Part shown: positions 36,739 through 47,000 of the stretch, piece by piece
Numbering within the stretch: the first letter of the stretch is position 1
Layout of the letters: the number at the start of each line of letters is the position of its first letter
NCBI GenBank assembly: GCA_022703425.1
Contig: JAKLDQ010000003.1
Span: 1,729-65,728, forward strand
Length of the DNA stretch: 64,000 nucleotides
DNA from: Patescibacteria group bacterium
GTDB lineage: Bacteria > Patescibacteriota > Minisyncoccia > Minisyncoccales > Staskawiczbacteraceae
Direction of reading: 5' to 3'
Notes under the pieces: model-generated
Database searches by the model: none
Told to the model about the DNA's origin: nothing
The model's input: only the letters and a program-made list of their open reading frames with translations
Translations under genes and position numbers: made by a program

Positions 36739-38523
36739 ATGAAAAACATAAAAAGATTTGCAGTTTTTTGCATCATTGGACTTTTTTTGTCTTTGCCGGT
36801 TCTTGCATTCGAGCGGGATTCTTCAGAAATTACAGATTGGTATATTAGGGATTTTGAAAGCGAGATAATTGTAAATAAGGACTCATCTCTTCTAATTACA
36901 GAAAGGATTACAGCTGACTGCGGAGATCTGCCCGGCAAACACGGGATTTTTCGCGTTCTGCCCACAAGAGTAAAAGCAGGATCCCAAATCTTTCGCATGC
37001 CTGTAGAACTTGTCAGTATTGCAGACTTTTATGGTAATCCGTACAAGTTTCAGATATTAAAAAACGGAAACGCAGGAACAATAACATGGAAAATCGGAGA
37101 TCCCGACATTACCGTAAAAGGTAAAAATCAATATAAGATAATTTATAAAGTGAGGAATGCCGTTCGCACGGAAAAGCAAAATTATGACGAGTTCTACACG
37201 AATTTAATCCGAAACTTCTGGGATCTGGAAAATAATAATTTGCGCGTGACAATTAAATTTCCTGAAGAGATAAACAGCCAGAATACCGACATCTCATATT
37301 ATTCGGGCGTTTTGGGATCAAAAGGCACGAGTTTGGCAATTTACAGCTGGACATCCACCAATACACTTGAGTTTACTTCGACCGGAAAACTCAAAAAGAA
37401 TGAAGGAATAACTGCATCTGTGACCATGCCGAAAGGAATTTTTGCCCCATACCAAAAAACATTCTTTGAAAAATACAACGAAATATTCGGGAATTTATTC
37501 TTTTTTCTGCCCTTAATCTCGCTTATTTTTATGTATCTTTTGTGGAGAAAATTCGGCAGGGACCCAAAGATAAAAAGCCCGGTTCCGCCAGAGTTCGGAA
37601 TCCCGCAGAATATTTCGCCCGTTCAAATGGCAACAGTCATAAAATCGGGCTCCTGGAGAGACAGCTCGATAACGGCTGCAATAATAAATTTTGCTGTCAA
37701 AAAAATTCTGGTTATTAAAGAGCTTAACGAAAAAATTCTTTTCTTTAAATATAAAGACTTAAAATTAAGGCTTATTGCAGATTATAAAAATGTGGGGCTT
37801 ACAGAAACTGAAATTTTGATTTTGGACACATTGTTTCCAGACGGAAAAAATGAAATAAAACTTTCTGAAATAAAAAAAGACAGGGTTGTCGCAGAAAACA
37901 TTTCTGAAATCAAAAGATCTGCTTTTAATGATTCGGTTAAAAATGGCTGGCTGGCAGGATCGTCCGTATATATGCCGGCGCTCCTCGTAGGCCTTGCAGC
38001 GGGCGTTGTTTTCATTCTTGTTCTGCTATCGGTGATTTTTCTTGGCATTACTGACGGCGATTATCTGACATTTTTCGTTAAAATGGATGCAAACCTGGCA
38101 GCATGTGCTGTAATCATCATATTATTTGCTCTTTTAATGCCCAGACGAACGCAAAAAGGAGCCGATCTGATGTTTCAGATTCTGGGATTTGAAAGATATA
38201 TGAAGCAGGCAGAGGACTACCGCCAGCAGTTCTACGAGAAGGAAAATATCTTCGATAAATTTTTGCCATATGCGATTGTTTTTGGTATAACCAGCTTATG
38301 GATAAGGAAAATGGAGGATATTTACGGCAAGGATTTTTATAAAAACTATCATCCTGCCTGGTATGCCGGAGCCATATCCTCGACTTTTGACGCAGACAGC
38401 TTTACGTCCCAGATAAACTCCATCGCTCACAACATTTCATCGAGTACTTCGTCTTCCAGCGGAGCCGGAGGCGCAGGCGGTGCCGGCGGAGGAGGAGGCG
38501 GCGGTGGAGGCGGAGGATGGTAA
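36739..38523 (+). CDS. DUF2207-family membrane protein
   Basis: Signal peptide, large extracellular domain, three TM helices and a terminal Ser/Gly tail (SSSGAGGAGGAGGGGGGGGGGGW) typical of DUF2207. Start at ATG 36739. Confidence 0.78.
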   Translation: MKNIKRFAVFCIIGLFLSLPVLAFERDSSEITDWYIRDFESEIIVNKDSSLLITERITADCGDLPGKHGIFRVLPTRVKAGSQIFRMPVELVSIADFYGNPYKFQILKNGNAGTITWKIGDPDITVKGKNQYKIIYKVRNAVRTEKQNYDEFYTNLIRNFWDLENNNLRVTIKFPEEINSQNTDISYYSGVLGSKGTSLAIYSWTSTNTLEFTSTGKLKKNEGITASVTMPKGIFAPYQKTFFEKYNEIFGNLFFFLPLISLIFMYLLWRKFGRDPKIKSPVPPEFGIPQNISPVQMATVIKSGSWRDSSITAAIINFAVKKILVIKELNEKILFFKYKDLKLRLIADYKNVGLTETEILILDTLFPDGKNEIKLSEIKKDRVVAENISEIKRSAFNDSVKNGWLAGSSVYMPALLVGLAAGVVFILVLLSVIFLGITDGDYLTFFVKMDANLAACAVIIILFALLMPRRTQKGADLMFQILGFERYMKQAEDYRQQFYEKENIFDKFLPYAIVFGITSLWIRKMEDIYGKDFYKNYHPAWYAGAISSTFDADSFTSQINSIAHNISSSTSSSSGAGGAGGAGGGGGGGGGGGW

Positions 38524-38527
38524 AACG

Positions 38528-39145
38528 ATGAAAAAGAAACTCGCAAAATTTCAAAAATTTCTTGAAAATGTCGACAGTTACCGGGACAGGGTGCTTTTTG
38601 TTTTTATAAAACCTTATTGGCCAAGGGCAATAACTCCAAACCATATTACGTATATCAGGGTTGTCATAGGGGTTTTGCTTTTTGTTTTGCTTTTTTATTT
38701 TAAGATTGAAAACAAGACGCTTATCCTTTCGTTGTTTACTTTCGGAGTTCTGACTGATTTGATTGACGGGCCTGTCGCACGTGGAACAAAAAGAGTTACC
38801 GAGTTTGGCGCAACGCTGGATTCAACTGCCGACAGGATTATTTTAGCTCCGATAGCAATCTACAGCCTTTTTCTTCACGGACATCAATGGCTTCTGCTTA
38901 TTCTTGTTTCTATGGAGCTGATAAACGGAATTTTTGCCATATATTACAGAACGAAGGAAATTTATTTGGAGTCCAATATTTTCGGAAAAACCAAAATGGT
39001 ATTGCTTTCTGTCCCTTTTATTGCGATGCTGTTTTATTGGCCGAATTTTCCTCATCCGTTTTTTTTGTGGATGCTTTGGGTAACAATCCCCTTCTCCATT
39101 CTAAGTATTTTATCGAAAGTATTAGATTTGAAACAACATGCCTAA
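38528..39145 (+). CDS. CDP-alcohol phosphatidyltransferase family protein
   Basis: DLIDGPVARGTKRVTEFGATLDSTADR fits D-G-x2-A-R-x8-G-x3-D-x3-D. Start at ATG 38528. Confidence 0.85.
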   Translation: MKKKLAKFQKFLENVDSYRDRVLFVFIKPYWPRAITPNHITYIRVVIGVLLFVLLFYFKIENKTLILSLFTFGVLTDLIDGPVARGTKRVTEFGATLDSTADRIILAPIAIYSLFLHGHQWLLLILVSMELINGIFAIYYRTKEIYLESNIFGKTKMVLLSVPFIAMLFYWPNFPHPFFLWMLWVTIPFSILSILSKVLDLKQHA

Positions 39146-40562
39146 AATAAATCACAAAATAAAAATTTTTAATACGCTTACGCAGGAAAAGGATTTGATA
39201 AAACCGATAAAAGGAAAAAAAATCAATCTCTTTGTATGTGGTCCCACGGTGTATGATTATTCGCATCTGGGACATGCCCGCAACTATGTGATTTTCGATG
39301 CATTTGTAAAATATCTGCGTTTCTGCGGCTTTAAGGTGACCTATTTACAGAACATAACGGATGTTGACGATAAAATAATAGCCCGGGCCCGCGAAAAAGG
39401 AGTGAGCTCTAAAGACCTTGCTGTTGCGTTTGAAAAAGAATATCTTGCCGACATGAAAAGCATAGGCATTACCAGCGTTTCAAAGTATGCCCGCGCAACT
39501 GCACATGTAAAGGAGATCATAAACCAGGTTGAAAGACTTATCAAAAAAGGATTTGCCTATGAGCTTAAAGATGACGGAATTTATTTTGATATCGGCAGAT
39601 TTCCAGATTACGGAAAACTATCGGGAAGGACTGCAATCGAGGCCGAAGATGCAGTGTCGAGAATAGATTACAGCAGGAATAAAAAAAACAGAGGTGATTT
39701 CTGCCTATGGAAAATCTCGAGCAATGAAAATGAGCCGTCATGGGATTCACCTTTCGGCAAGGGAAGGCCGGGATGGCACGTCGAAGACACAGCAATTACA
39801 GAAAAGTTTTTTGGACCGCAATATGACATTCACGGAGCCGGCAGAGATTTGATATTTCCCCACCACGAGGCGGAAATATCCCAAATGGAGGCCGTTTCGG
39901 GAAAATCCCCCATGGCAAAATACTGGATGCATGTCGGCTTTTTAACAATCAATGGCCAAAAAATGTCCAAATCACTGAAAAATTTTATCACATTGAAGGA
40001 TTTTTTAAGGAGGTATTCTGAGAAATATTTAAGGTATTTCATTATAAGAAATTTGTGGCGCTCTCCGGTTGATTATTCGGAGTCAACAATGATTGAGGTG
40101 AAGTCATCACTTTCAAGAATCGAAGAGTTCTTAAGGCGTGTGAATGAGATTAAAAAGCGCGCAAAAACGGTAAAAAGCACGGGCGCACTCAAATTGGTTC
40201 AAAAAGCCAAAGCAGATTTTTACAGCGAGCTGGATGATGATTTTAATACCCCAAAGGCGTTTGCAGTTCTGTTTGACCTCATTAAGGACATCAATAAATT
40301 TATTGATGAAAATAATCTTTCTAAGAAGGAAGCAGCCGAGGTTTTTAAGCTTTTTCAGGAAATTGATAAGATATTCAGCATGATAGATTTTAAGATCATC
40401 CAAAAAAGCATTCCGGCCTCCGTAAAAAAACTTGTTCAGCTGAGGGAAAAATACAGAAAGGAACAAAGCTGGAAAAAATCTGACGAAGTACGCCTTCAAA
40501 TAGAAAAGCACGGCTATGTTGTTGACGACACGAAAGACGGCCCCGTAATCAGAGTTATGTAA
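39138..40562 (+). CDS. cysS: cysteine--tRNA ligase
   Basis: CGPTVYDYSHLGHAR (HIGH), WHVEDT and KMSKSLKN (KMSKS). Confidence 0.95.
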   Translation: MPKINHKIKIFNTLTQEKDLIKPIKGKKINLFVCGPTVYDYSHLGHARNYVIFDAFVKYLRFCGFKVTYLQNITDVDDKIIARAREKGVSSKDLAVAFEKEYLADMKSIGITSVSKYARATAHVKEIINQVERLIKKGFAYELKDDGIYFDIGRFPDYGKLSGRTAIEAEDAVSRIDYSRNKKNRGDFCLWKISSNENEPSWDSPFGKGRPGWHVEDTAITEKFFGPQYDIHGAGRDLIFPHHEAEISQMEAVSGKSPMAKYWMHVGFLTINGQKMSKSLKNFITLKDFLRRYSEKYLRYFIIRNLWRSPVDYSESTMIEVKSSLSRIEEFLRRVNEIKKRAKTVKSTGALKLVQKAKADFYSELDDDFNTPKAFAVLFDLIKDINKFIDENNLSKKEAAEVFKLFQEIDKIFSMIDFKIIQKSIPASVKKLVQLREKYRKEQSWKKSDEVRLQIEKHGYVVDDTKDGPVIRVM

Positions 40563-40611
40563 AAAAGAAAAACCACTGGGAGCAGTGGTTTTATTTTGCA
40601 TGAATGTTCTT

Positions 40612-40905
40612 TTATTTTCTCTTCTCTTTGATGAATTTACGGATTTTTGATTCTTCCTCCTGAAGATTTTGGATCTCGTGGAGCATCCTGGTCCGATGCG
40701 CCGGGTTTTTGGTTTTTTTAAGCTTACTGTTTAGTATTTTTATTCTGGAAATCCGGTTATCCAGTGCCGACTTCGGATCTCTGCGGACTTCGTCGATAAA
40801 TGATGTTGGAGTTGCTTTGGTCAGATTTCCTGCGCTAACTATCACTATTTCTCCGTCGATAATTTCAACTGATTCGGGGTCGATAATATCCAAGTCGTCT
40901 GACAT
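40612..40905 (-). CDS. hypothetical small protein
   Basis: 97 aa from ATG 40905 (MSDDLDIIDPESVEI...) with a basic helical C-terminus. Bidirectional terminator at ~40568-40596. Confidence 0.4.
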   Translation of the reverse strand: MSDDLDIIDPESVEIIDGEIVIVSAGNLTKATPTSFIDEVRRDPKSALDNRISRIKILNSKLKKTKNPAHRTRMLHEIQNLQEEESKIRKFIKEKRK

Positions 40906-41029
40906 AGAGAATGCCTTCCATGCAAAAGGTGAGAAAGTGTTGGGAATGTTCTGGAATCTTTTATAACATAAAAAATAGACACTTGCAACCATTGCGTCCA
41001 TCCGTTGATTTGTAATATACTAGTGTATT

Positions 41030-42397
41030 ATGGCCAACAATCAGCAGCTTCCCGATAAGCTTCCTCCGCAAAATGTTGAGGCAGAGCAATGCCTGCTCGG
41101 CTGTTTGATGTTGGACAAAGACGCTATTATAAAAGTCGTTGACTTCATTAGGTCTGAGGATTTTTATAAGGATATCCACCAGAACGTGTATCAGGCGATG
41201 GTTGACCTCTATTCCAGGGCAGATCCGATTGATATTCTGTCTGTTTCGGCCAGACTTAAAGAAAAGAATCAGCTTGATGATCTTGGCGGTTCCGCATACC
41301 TGACCGCGCTGATAAATACTGTTCCGACAGCCACCCACGTCTCAAATTACGCAAAGATCGTGAGGCACAAGAAAATTCTAAGAGACCTTATTTCTGCATC
41401 ACACGAAATCGGACTTTCAGCCTTTGACGAAGCAGAAGATGTGGACAGTCTCCTCGACAAGGCGGAAAAAACTGTTTTTAGTATTGGACAGCGCGCACTG
41501 ACACAGAGCTTTACTGCAATCAAGGATATATTGCCCGAAACATTCGAGCGTCTCGATGCGCTTTCAAAGAACCAGGGCGACCTTCGGGGAATTCCTACGG
41601 GCTTTAAAGGGTTAGACAATATACTTGCGGGACTTCAAAGATCTGATTTGGTTATTCTTGCTGCCAGGCCGTCTATGGGAAAATCATCATTGGCAATGGA
41701 TATTGCAAGGCAGGTCGCAGTATTTCAAAATATTCCTGTGGGAATTTTCAGCCTTGAAATGTCAAAAGATCAGTTGGCTGACAGAATGATTGCCAGTGTT
41801 GCGAATATCGATTCATGGCACCTGCGGACAGGCAGATTGCAGGACGATGATTACCAGAGGATTCAGCATGCAATGGGCACGCTTTCAGAAGCCCCGATAT
41901 ATATAGATGATGCCGGATCTGTTAATATTCTGCAGATGAGAGCTATGGCCCGAAGATTGCAGGCAAACAAAGGACTGGGACTCCTTATCGTTGATTACCT
42001 GCAATTAATGGAGCCGTTGAACAAATTTGCATCACCCGTTCAGCAGGTTTCAGAGAGTTCGAGGGCGTTAAAAATTTTGGCGAAGGAATTGAATGTTCCA
42101 ATATTGGTTCTGTCTCAGTTATCCCGTGCTGTCGAGCAAAGAGTGCCTCAGATCCCCCGCCTTGCCGACTTGAGGGAGTCCGGAGCTATCGAGCAGGACG
42201 CAGATGTTGTTTTGTTTATTTATAGAGAAGACAGGTACAACGAAAACAGCCTAAAAAAGAATATTGCTGAAATAATAATTGCAAAACATAGAAACGGTCC
42301 GCTTGGAACAGTTGAGTTATACTTTGATGAAAAGCGCGTGAGCTTTAGAAATCTCGATAAAAACGAATACGCAGAATTTGCATCAGAAGGAATTTAA
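41030..42397 (+). CDS. dnaB: replicative DNA helicase DnaB
   Basis: PPQNVEAEQCLLGCLM, ILAARPSMGKSS (Walker A), LLIVDYLQLM, SQLSR and the arginine-finger region. Confidence 0.95.
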   Translation: MANNQQLPDKLPPQNVEAEQCLLGCLMLDKDAIIKVVDFIRSEDFYKDIHQNVYQAMVDLYSRADPIDILSVSARLKEKNQLDDLGGSAYLTALINTVPTATHVSNYAKIVRHKKILRDLISASHEIGLSAFDEAEDVDSLLDKAEKTVFSIGQRALTQSFTAIKDILPETFERLDALSKNQGDLRGIPTGFKGLDNILAGLQRSDLVILAARPSMGKSSLAMDIARQVAVFQNIPVGIFSLEMSKDQLADRMIASVANIDSWHLRTGRLQDDDYQRIQHAMGTLSEAPIYIDDAGSVNILQMRAMARRLQANKGLGLLIVDYLQLMEPLNKFASPVQQVSESSRALKILAKELNVPILVLSQLSRAVEQRVPQIPRLADLRESGAIEQDADVVLFIYREDRYNENSLKKNIAEIIIAKHRNGPLGTVELYFDEKRVSFRNLDKNEYAEFASEGI

Positions 42398-42401
42398 AAA
42401 A

Positions 42402-43037
42402 ATGGATTCAATAGAAAAACTTGCAAATATATTCAAAAAATTTCCGACGGTCGGCCCGAGGACGGCCAGCCGTTTTGTTTTTTACCTGATGAAACAGCCG
42501 AAGGAAAAAATTGAGGAATTCGCACAGGCAATTGTCGAGCTTAAAAATCAGATTAAATTTTGCCGATTTTGTTTTAATCCGTTCCAGCCGGACAGCACTA
42601 CGCCCGGGGAATTGTGCCATATCTGCCAAAATGCATCGCGGGAAAGAAAAATTTTGTGTGTTGTTGAAAAGGAAACAGATTTGGTTTCCATTGAAAAAGC
42701 AAAAAAATTCAAAGGAATTTATTTTGTTCTCGGCGGGTTGCTGGCTTCATATAAAAAAGAGGACATGGATAAAATCAGAATTGAGGAGTTGAAAGAAAGA
42801 ATAAAAGAATCATACAGATTCGGCATGCCAAAAGTTGATTTTGAAGAAGTTATAATTGCGATCAATCCAACTCCCGAGGGAAATGCAACGTCAATGTATG
42901 TTGAACGCGAATTGAAACAAATAACATCTCCCACCCCGTTTAAAATCACTCATCTTGCAAAAGGAATTCCTGTCGGAGGCGAACTCGAATATGCCGACGA
43001 CGAAACATTGGAATCTGCCTTTGAAGGAAGGAAATAA
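42402..43037 (+). CDS. recR: recombination protein RecR
   Basis: FPTVGPRTASRFVFYL (HhH), C4 zinc finger (C..C...C..C) and a Toprim domain. Start at ATG 42402. Confidence 0.93.
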   Translation: MDSIEKLANIFKKFPTVGPRTASRFVFYLMKQPKEKIEEFAQAIVELKNQIKFCRFCFNPFQPDSTTPGELCHICQNASRERKILCVVEKETDLVSIEKAKKFKGIYFVLGGLLASYKKEDMDKIRIEELKERIKESYRFGMPKVDFEEVIIAINPTPEGNATSMYVERELKQITSPTPFKITHLAKGIPVGGELEYADDETLESAFEGRK

Positions 43038-43124
43038 CCTTAGGAGTAAAACCGTTCGAAAAATTTCGGGCTTTGTTTTTTTGTATCTTTTTGAATTGAT
43101 GATACATGAATGTAGAAGAAAAAA

Positions 43125-43566
43125 TGCAATAAAAGAGCGCCGAGTCGCTCCTTTGGACGGGGGTGAAATATCCAAAGGTTTGCGAAACGGCGCATTACAC
43201 GGCTTCTTGTGCTTCTTAGTTATGGTTCAAAGCGCGAGCCAAAAGCTTGGTCTGGGCTCATACAAGAAGCCGAATATTTGATGAGGAGGGGCCTCCGGAA
43301 AGGTGGTTCCGGTGCGAACGGGTTCCCGCTCCTCATCCGAGAGCTACAGCAGCTCTCGACTTATATTATAAGCTGACGGACGTCCGAGGATCTCGGGATA
43401 ATCGGAAGAGGGCATTTCTGCATATGCAGAGGGTTCAGAGTGGAAACTCGCGGGCCCGAGAAAATTGCGAGCACTATCTAAACCTGCCATACGGCCGTAC
43501 GGCAATGCGCTAAGCAGGCGCCCTTTCTTCGGGGTCCTGCTTTCCGTCAGCTAAAAGAGCAATGTT
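43125..43566 (-). ncRNA. candidate structured ncRNA C (~440 nt), class unknown
   Basis: G+C-rich, ORF-free block between recR and a convergent gene, with a minus-strand promoter and terminator. A 9-bp helix AGCUGACGG/CCGUCAGCU closes a ~200-nt 5' domain, and an 11-bp helix CGGCUUCUUGU/ACAAGAAGCCG lies in the 3' half. Confidence 0.42.
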
Positions 43567-43572
43567 TGCTCG

Positions 43573-43601
43573 TATAATAGCATAATAAAAAACAGGCGTC
43601 A
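43573..43601 (-). promoter_or_regulatory. sigma70-like promoter of ncRNA C (TTGACG-17-TATTAT)
   Basis: Minus strand: TTGACG 43601-43596 (inside the upstream terminator loop), 17-nt spacer, TATTAT 43578-43573. Confidence 0.5.
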
Positions 43602-43615
43602 ACCCGCCTGTTTTT
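43586..43615. terminator. bidirectional intrinsic terminator
   Basis: A6-CAGGCG-TCAACC-CGCCTG-T6, overlapping the last codons of the 43599-43982 gene. Confidence 0.75.
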
Positions 43616-43982
43616 TACGTCTTTGTTTTTCAGCACTCCTCACTTGGTGCTCGTCCATTCCGAAATGATGCGCTATTTCATGCCATACTGTATCTTTAAT
43701 GGCTTTTCTAATTGCATCGGGCGTCACGAATGCCTGCTCGATTGGATTTTTGAAAATTGTAATTTTATCTGGCAGAACCTGTCCGTATTGTTCTCTTTTT
43801 GTTAATGGAATGCCTTCGTATAATCCAAAAAGAAGCGCTCCTCTAAGCCTTAATTTATGTATCTGCTCAGGCGAGGGATTGTCTTCGATAACAATATCGA
43901 CGTTTTTCAATCTCTGCAGAAATTTTTCGTCAATCGCTTCAATTCCCTCTTTCACCAGATTCTCGAATTCTTCGTATGTCAT
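43599..43982 (-). CDS. minimal zinc metallopeptidase-like protein (DUF1025/zincin-like)
   Basis: HEIAHHFG (HExxH) near the C-terminus and IVIEDNPSPEQ...LFGLYEGIPLT, typical of this small family. Start at MTYEEFENL (43982). Confidence 0.72.
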   Translation of the reverse strand: MTYEEFENLVKEGIEAIDEKFLQRLKNVDIVIEDNPSPEQIHKLRLRGALLFGLYEGIPLTKREQYGQVLPDKITIFKNPIEQAFVTPDAIRKAIKDTVWHEIAHHFGMDEHQVRSAEKQRRKKQAG

Positions 43983-44038
43983 ATCAGCATTATACAAGCA
44001 AAAAAGCGTTTTTTCAACGCTTTTTTGCAATCATTTAA

Positions 44039-47000
44039 TTATAATGTCGGCCAGGGTTCGCTGGATTTAATTTTTGCGATTCTGGCTTTAAGTTCTTTAT
44101 TTGCCTTGAAGTCCTCGTTTTTTGCTTTTTGTGAATCAAGCCAAGCATTAAATCCCAAAGCTCCCGACTTGTACATCCAAATTCCGAAAAGTCCGAGAAG
44201 CAGCGGGATAAAGAACGAGTCAAACAGTAAATTGTTTGTCAGACCAGTATTAATGTCTGTTACCCCCAATACTCCGGTTCTGGTTACAACGATATTTGCA
44301 TTGCCGGTTATCGGATTTGAACTTTCGGCTGTAACCGTGACGCTGTTTGTAAGAGTTGTTGTGCCGTATGAAAAGTTTGCGGCCGAAGCAACCTGTGCGG
44401 AATATGTTATTGTCACCATCTGGCCGGCAGGAATTGAGTTTATCAAGACTCCGTATACGATATCATTTCCGCTGTAGTTATAATTTGCTCCGCTTACAAC
44501 CACGCTGTTATTCTGCAAAATCAATCTTGATGGCAAAAGGTCCTTTACAACAACATTTCTCACCTCCTGAGAGCTGTTTGCCTGGATTGTAATTGTAAAG
44601 TTCAGGATATCTGATGGCGAAGCTGCTGCGCTTGTTGACCAGTTGAAGTTGCCCGATGAAAGGTTTCTGACAGTTTTGTTTACCGTCAAAAGATTTCCAA
44701 CATTGCCTGTTGAAAATGTCATGTCCTGCCCGTAAATCGGTCCGCCTGCACCCTGCGCGACGGCTCTGAAGTGATAATAAGTGTTTGCTGATAATCCTGT
44801 AATGTTCTGGCTGAATGTGTTGTTATAATTCATCTGCTGGTGCTGAGTTTCATACCCGTATGAAGTTGTTGTTCCCCACTGGAACCAGACATAAACATTA
44901 TTGTAGTATCCGCTGTTGTATCCGTTATATCCGGACAGATATCCGTTTAATGTTGCCTGATTTGTAGATATGTTTGTCGCCGAATTTGTCTGGACTGAAA
45001 GTGTTTGCTGGATGCAGGATGAGTTTTGGCATCCGTACTGGCAGTATTCAATCAGTTCGTCCTGGTTTCCGCAGGAATCAAACCAATATAATGAATTACC
45101 AACGCAGCTTCTATAGTTATGGTCTGTGCAGGTTGTCTGGCAGCTTCCATTTGAACATTGCTGGTTGGAAGAACATTCTGTTGTCAGCCTGTCTTCTGTC
45201 GAGCTTGAGCAATTTGAATTGACTGTACCGGCATTATTGCAGATATAGGTTCTGTATGTTTTATAAACATCTCCATTCTTACAGAAAGGATTTCCGATAT
45301 ATCCGTTTGTTCCGCAATCTGCATTGCTATCGCAGGCGATATCAACATCCTCGCATTGGCCGTTTGAACAGGTCTGTGTTGAAGAACAGTTTGTTGCCAA
45401 TCTGTTTTCTGTGTTGGTCGAACAGCTTGAGCTTGGAGTGCCGGGATTGTTACAGACATATGTTCTGTATGTTCTGTAAACGTCGCCGTTCTGGCAGAAT
45501 GGATTTCCTATGAATCCGTTGGTTCCGCAGTCAGCGTTGCACGAGCAGGCAATATCAACATCTTCACATTGTCCGTTTGAACAGGTTTGCGAAGAAGAGC
45601 AATTAGTCTGAAGCCTGTCTTCTGTCGTATTTGAGCAAGAAGACGAAGGAGTTCCCGGATTTGTACAAATGTATGTTCTAAATGTCTTATAAACATCTCC
45701 GTCTCTGCAGAAAGGATTTCCGATGTAGCCATTGGTTCCGCATTCAGCATTTGAACTGCATGCAATTTCAAGATCAATACAGCTTCCTCCGCTACAGGTC
45801 TGATTTGACGTGCAATTTGTTAAAAGCCGGTTTTCATTATCTGTTGAGCAAGATGAATTTGGCGTTCCGGGATTGTTGCAGACGTATGATCTGTAAGTCT
45901 TGTAAACATCACCGTCATAACAAAATGGATTTCCGATGTAGCCATTGGTTCCGCATTCAGCATTTGTAGAACACTCTATATGCAAATCCTGGCACTGCCC
46001 GTTAGAGCACGTCTGGTTTGCTGTGCAATTTGTCATGAGTCGGTCTTCCTGAGAAGAAGAACATGAAGATGCAATTGTACCAGGGTTGTTGCAGGTGTAA
46101 ATTTTGAACGTTTTATAAACATCTCCGTTCCTGCAAAAAGGAGAGCCGATATATCCGTCTGTTCCGCAATCTGAATTTGAATCGCATGCGACGTTTGCGC
46201 ATTGTCCGTTAGAACAGGTTTGTCCTGATGCGCACGTTGTGATTAATCTGTCTTCAGTTGTATTAGTACAGGATGAAGCGGGAGTCCCCGGGTTTGCACA
46301 AATATATGTTTTATATGCTCTGTAGACATCTCCGTCTCTGCAGAACGGGTTTCCGATGTAGCCGTTTGTTCCGCAATCTGAATTGCATCTGCAGGCAACG
46401 GGCAAGTCCTGGCACTGTCCGTTAGAACATGTCTGGCTGGTTGTGCACTGGGTAACTAAAGTTGGCACAGTTGCATTTGAACAAACTGATGCAGGTGTTC
46501 CGGGATTTGAACATGTATATGTTTTTATATTTTGATATACTCCATTGCCTTGGCAGAAAGGGCCGCCAACTGGACCGTCTGCTCCGCAGTCAGAGTTTCT
46601 ATAGCAGGCAATATTTACACACTGTCCGTTAGAGCATGTTTGGCTCGATGTGCAATTTGTCATCAGCCTGTTTTCTGTTGAATTCGTGCAGGCAGATGCC
46701 GGTGTTCCGGGATTTGAACATGTGTATGTCTTGTAGGCTTTATAAACATCTCCGCTCTGGCAGAAAGGATTTCCAATATATCCGTCTGTTCCGCAGTCGG
46801 AGTTTCTATAACAGGTTACATTTGAACACTGTCCGTTTGAACAAACCTGATTTGTTAAACAGGATGTTACCAGTCTGCTCTCCGTTGAGTATGTGCAATT
46901 TGAAGCAGTTGTTCCCGGATTTACACAATCATATGTTTTATATGCTTTGTAGACATCTCCGCTCTGGCAGAAAGGATTTCCAATATATCCGTCTGTTCCG

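Noticed and set aside
38455-38523. G-rich simple repeat (GGAGGAGGAGGCGGCGGTGGAGGCGGAGG)
   Set aside because: It encodes the poly-Gly/Ser tail characteristic of DUF2207 proteins and is not an independent repeat element.
42955-43513. Plus-strand ORFs 42955-43281 and 43247-43513
   Set aside because: They have the same junk composition and start inside or just after recR. They span a G+C-rich helical region bounded by promoter and terminator signals on the other strand.
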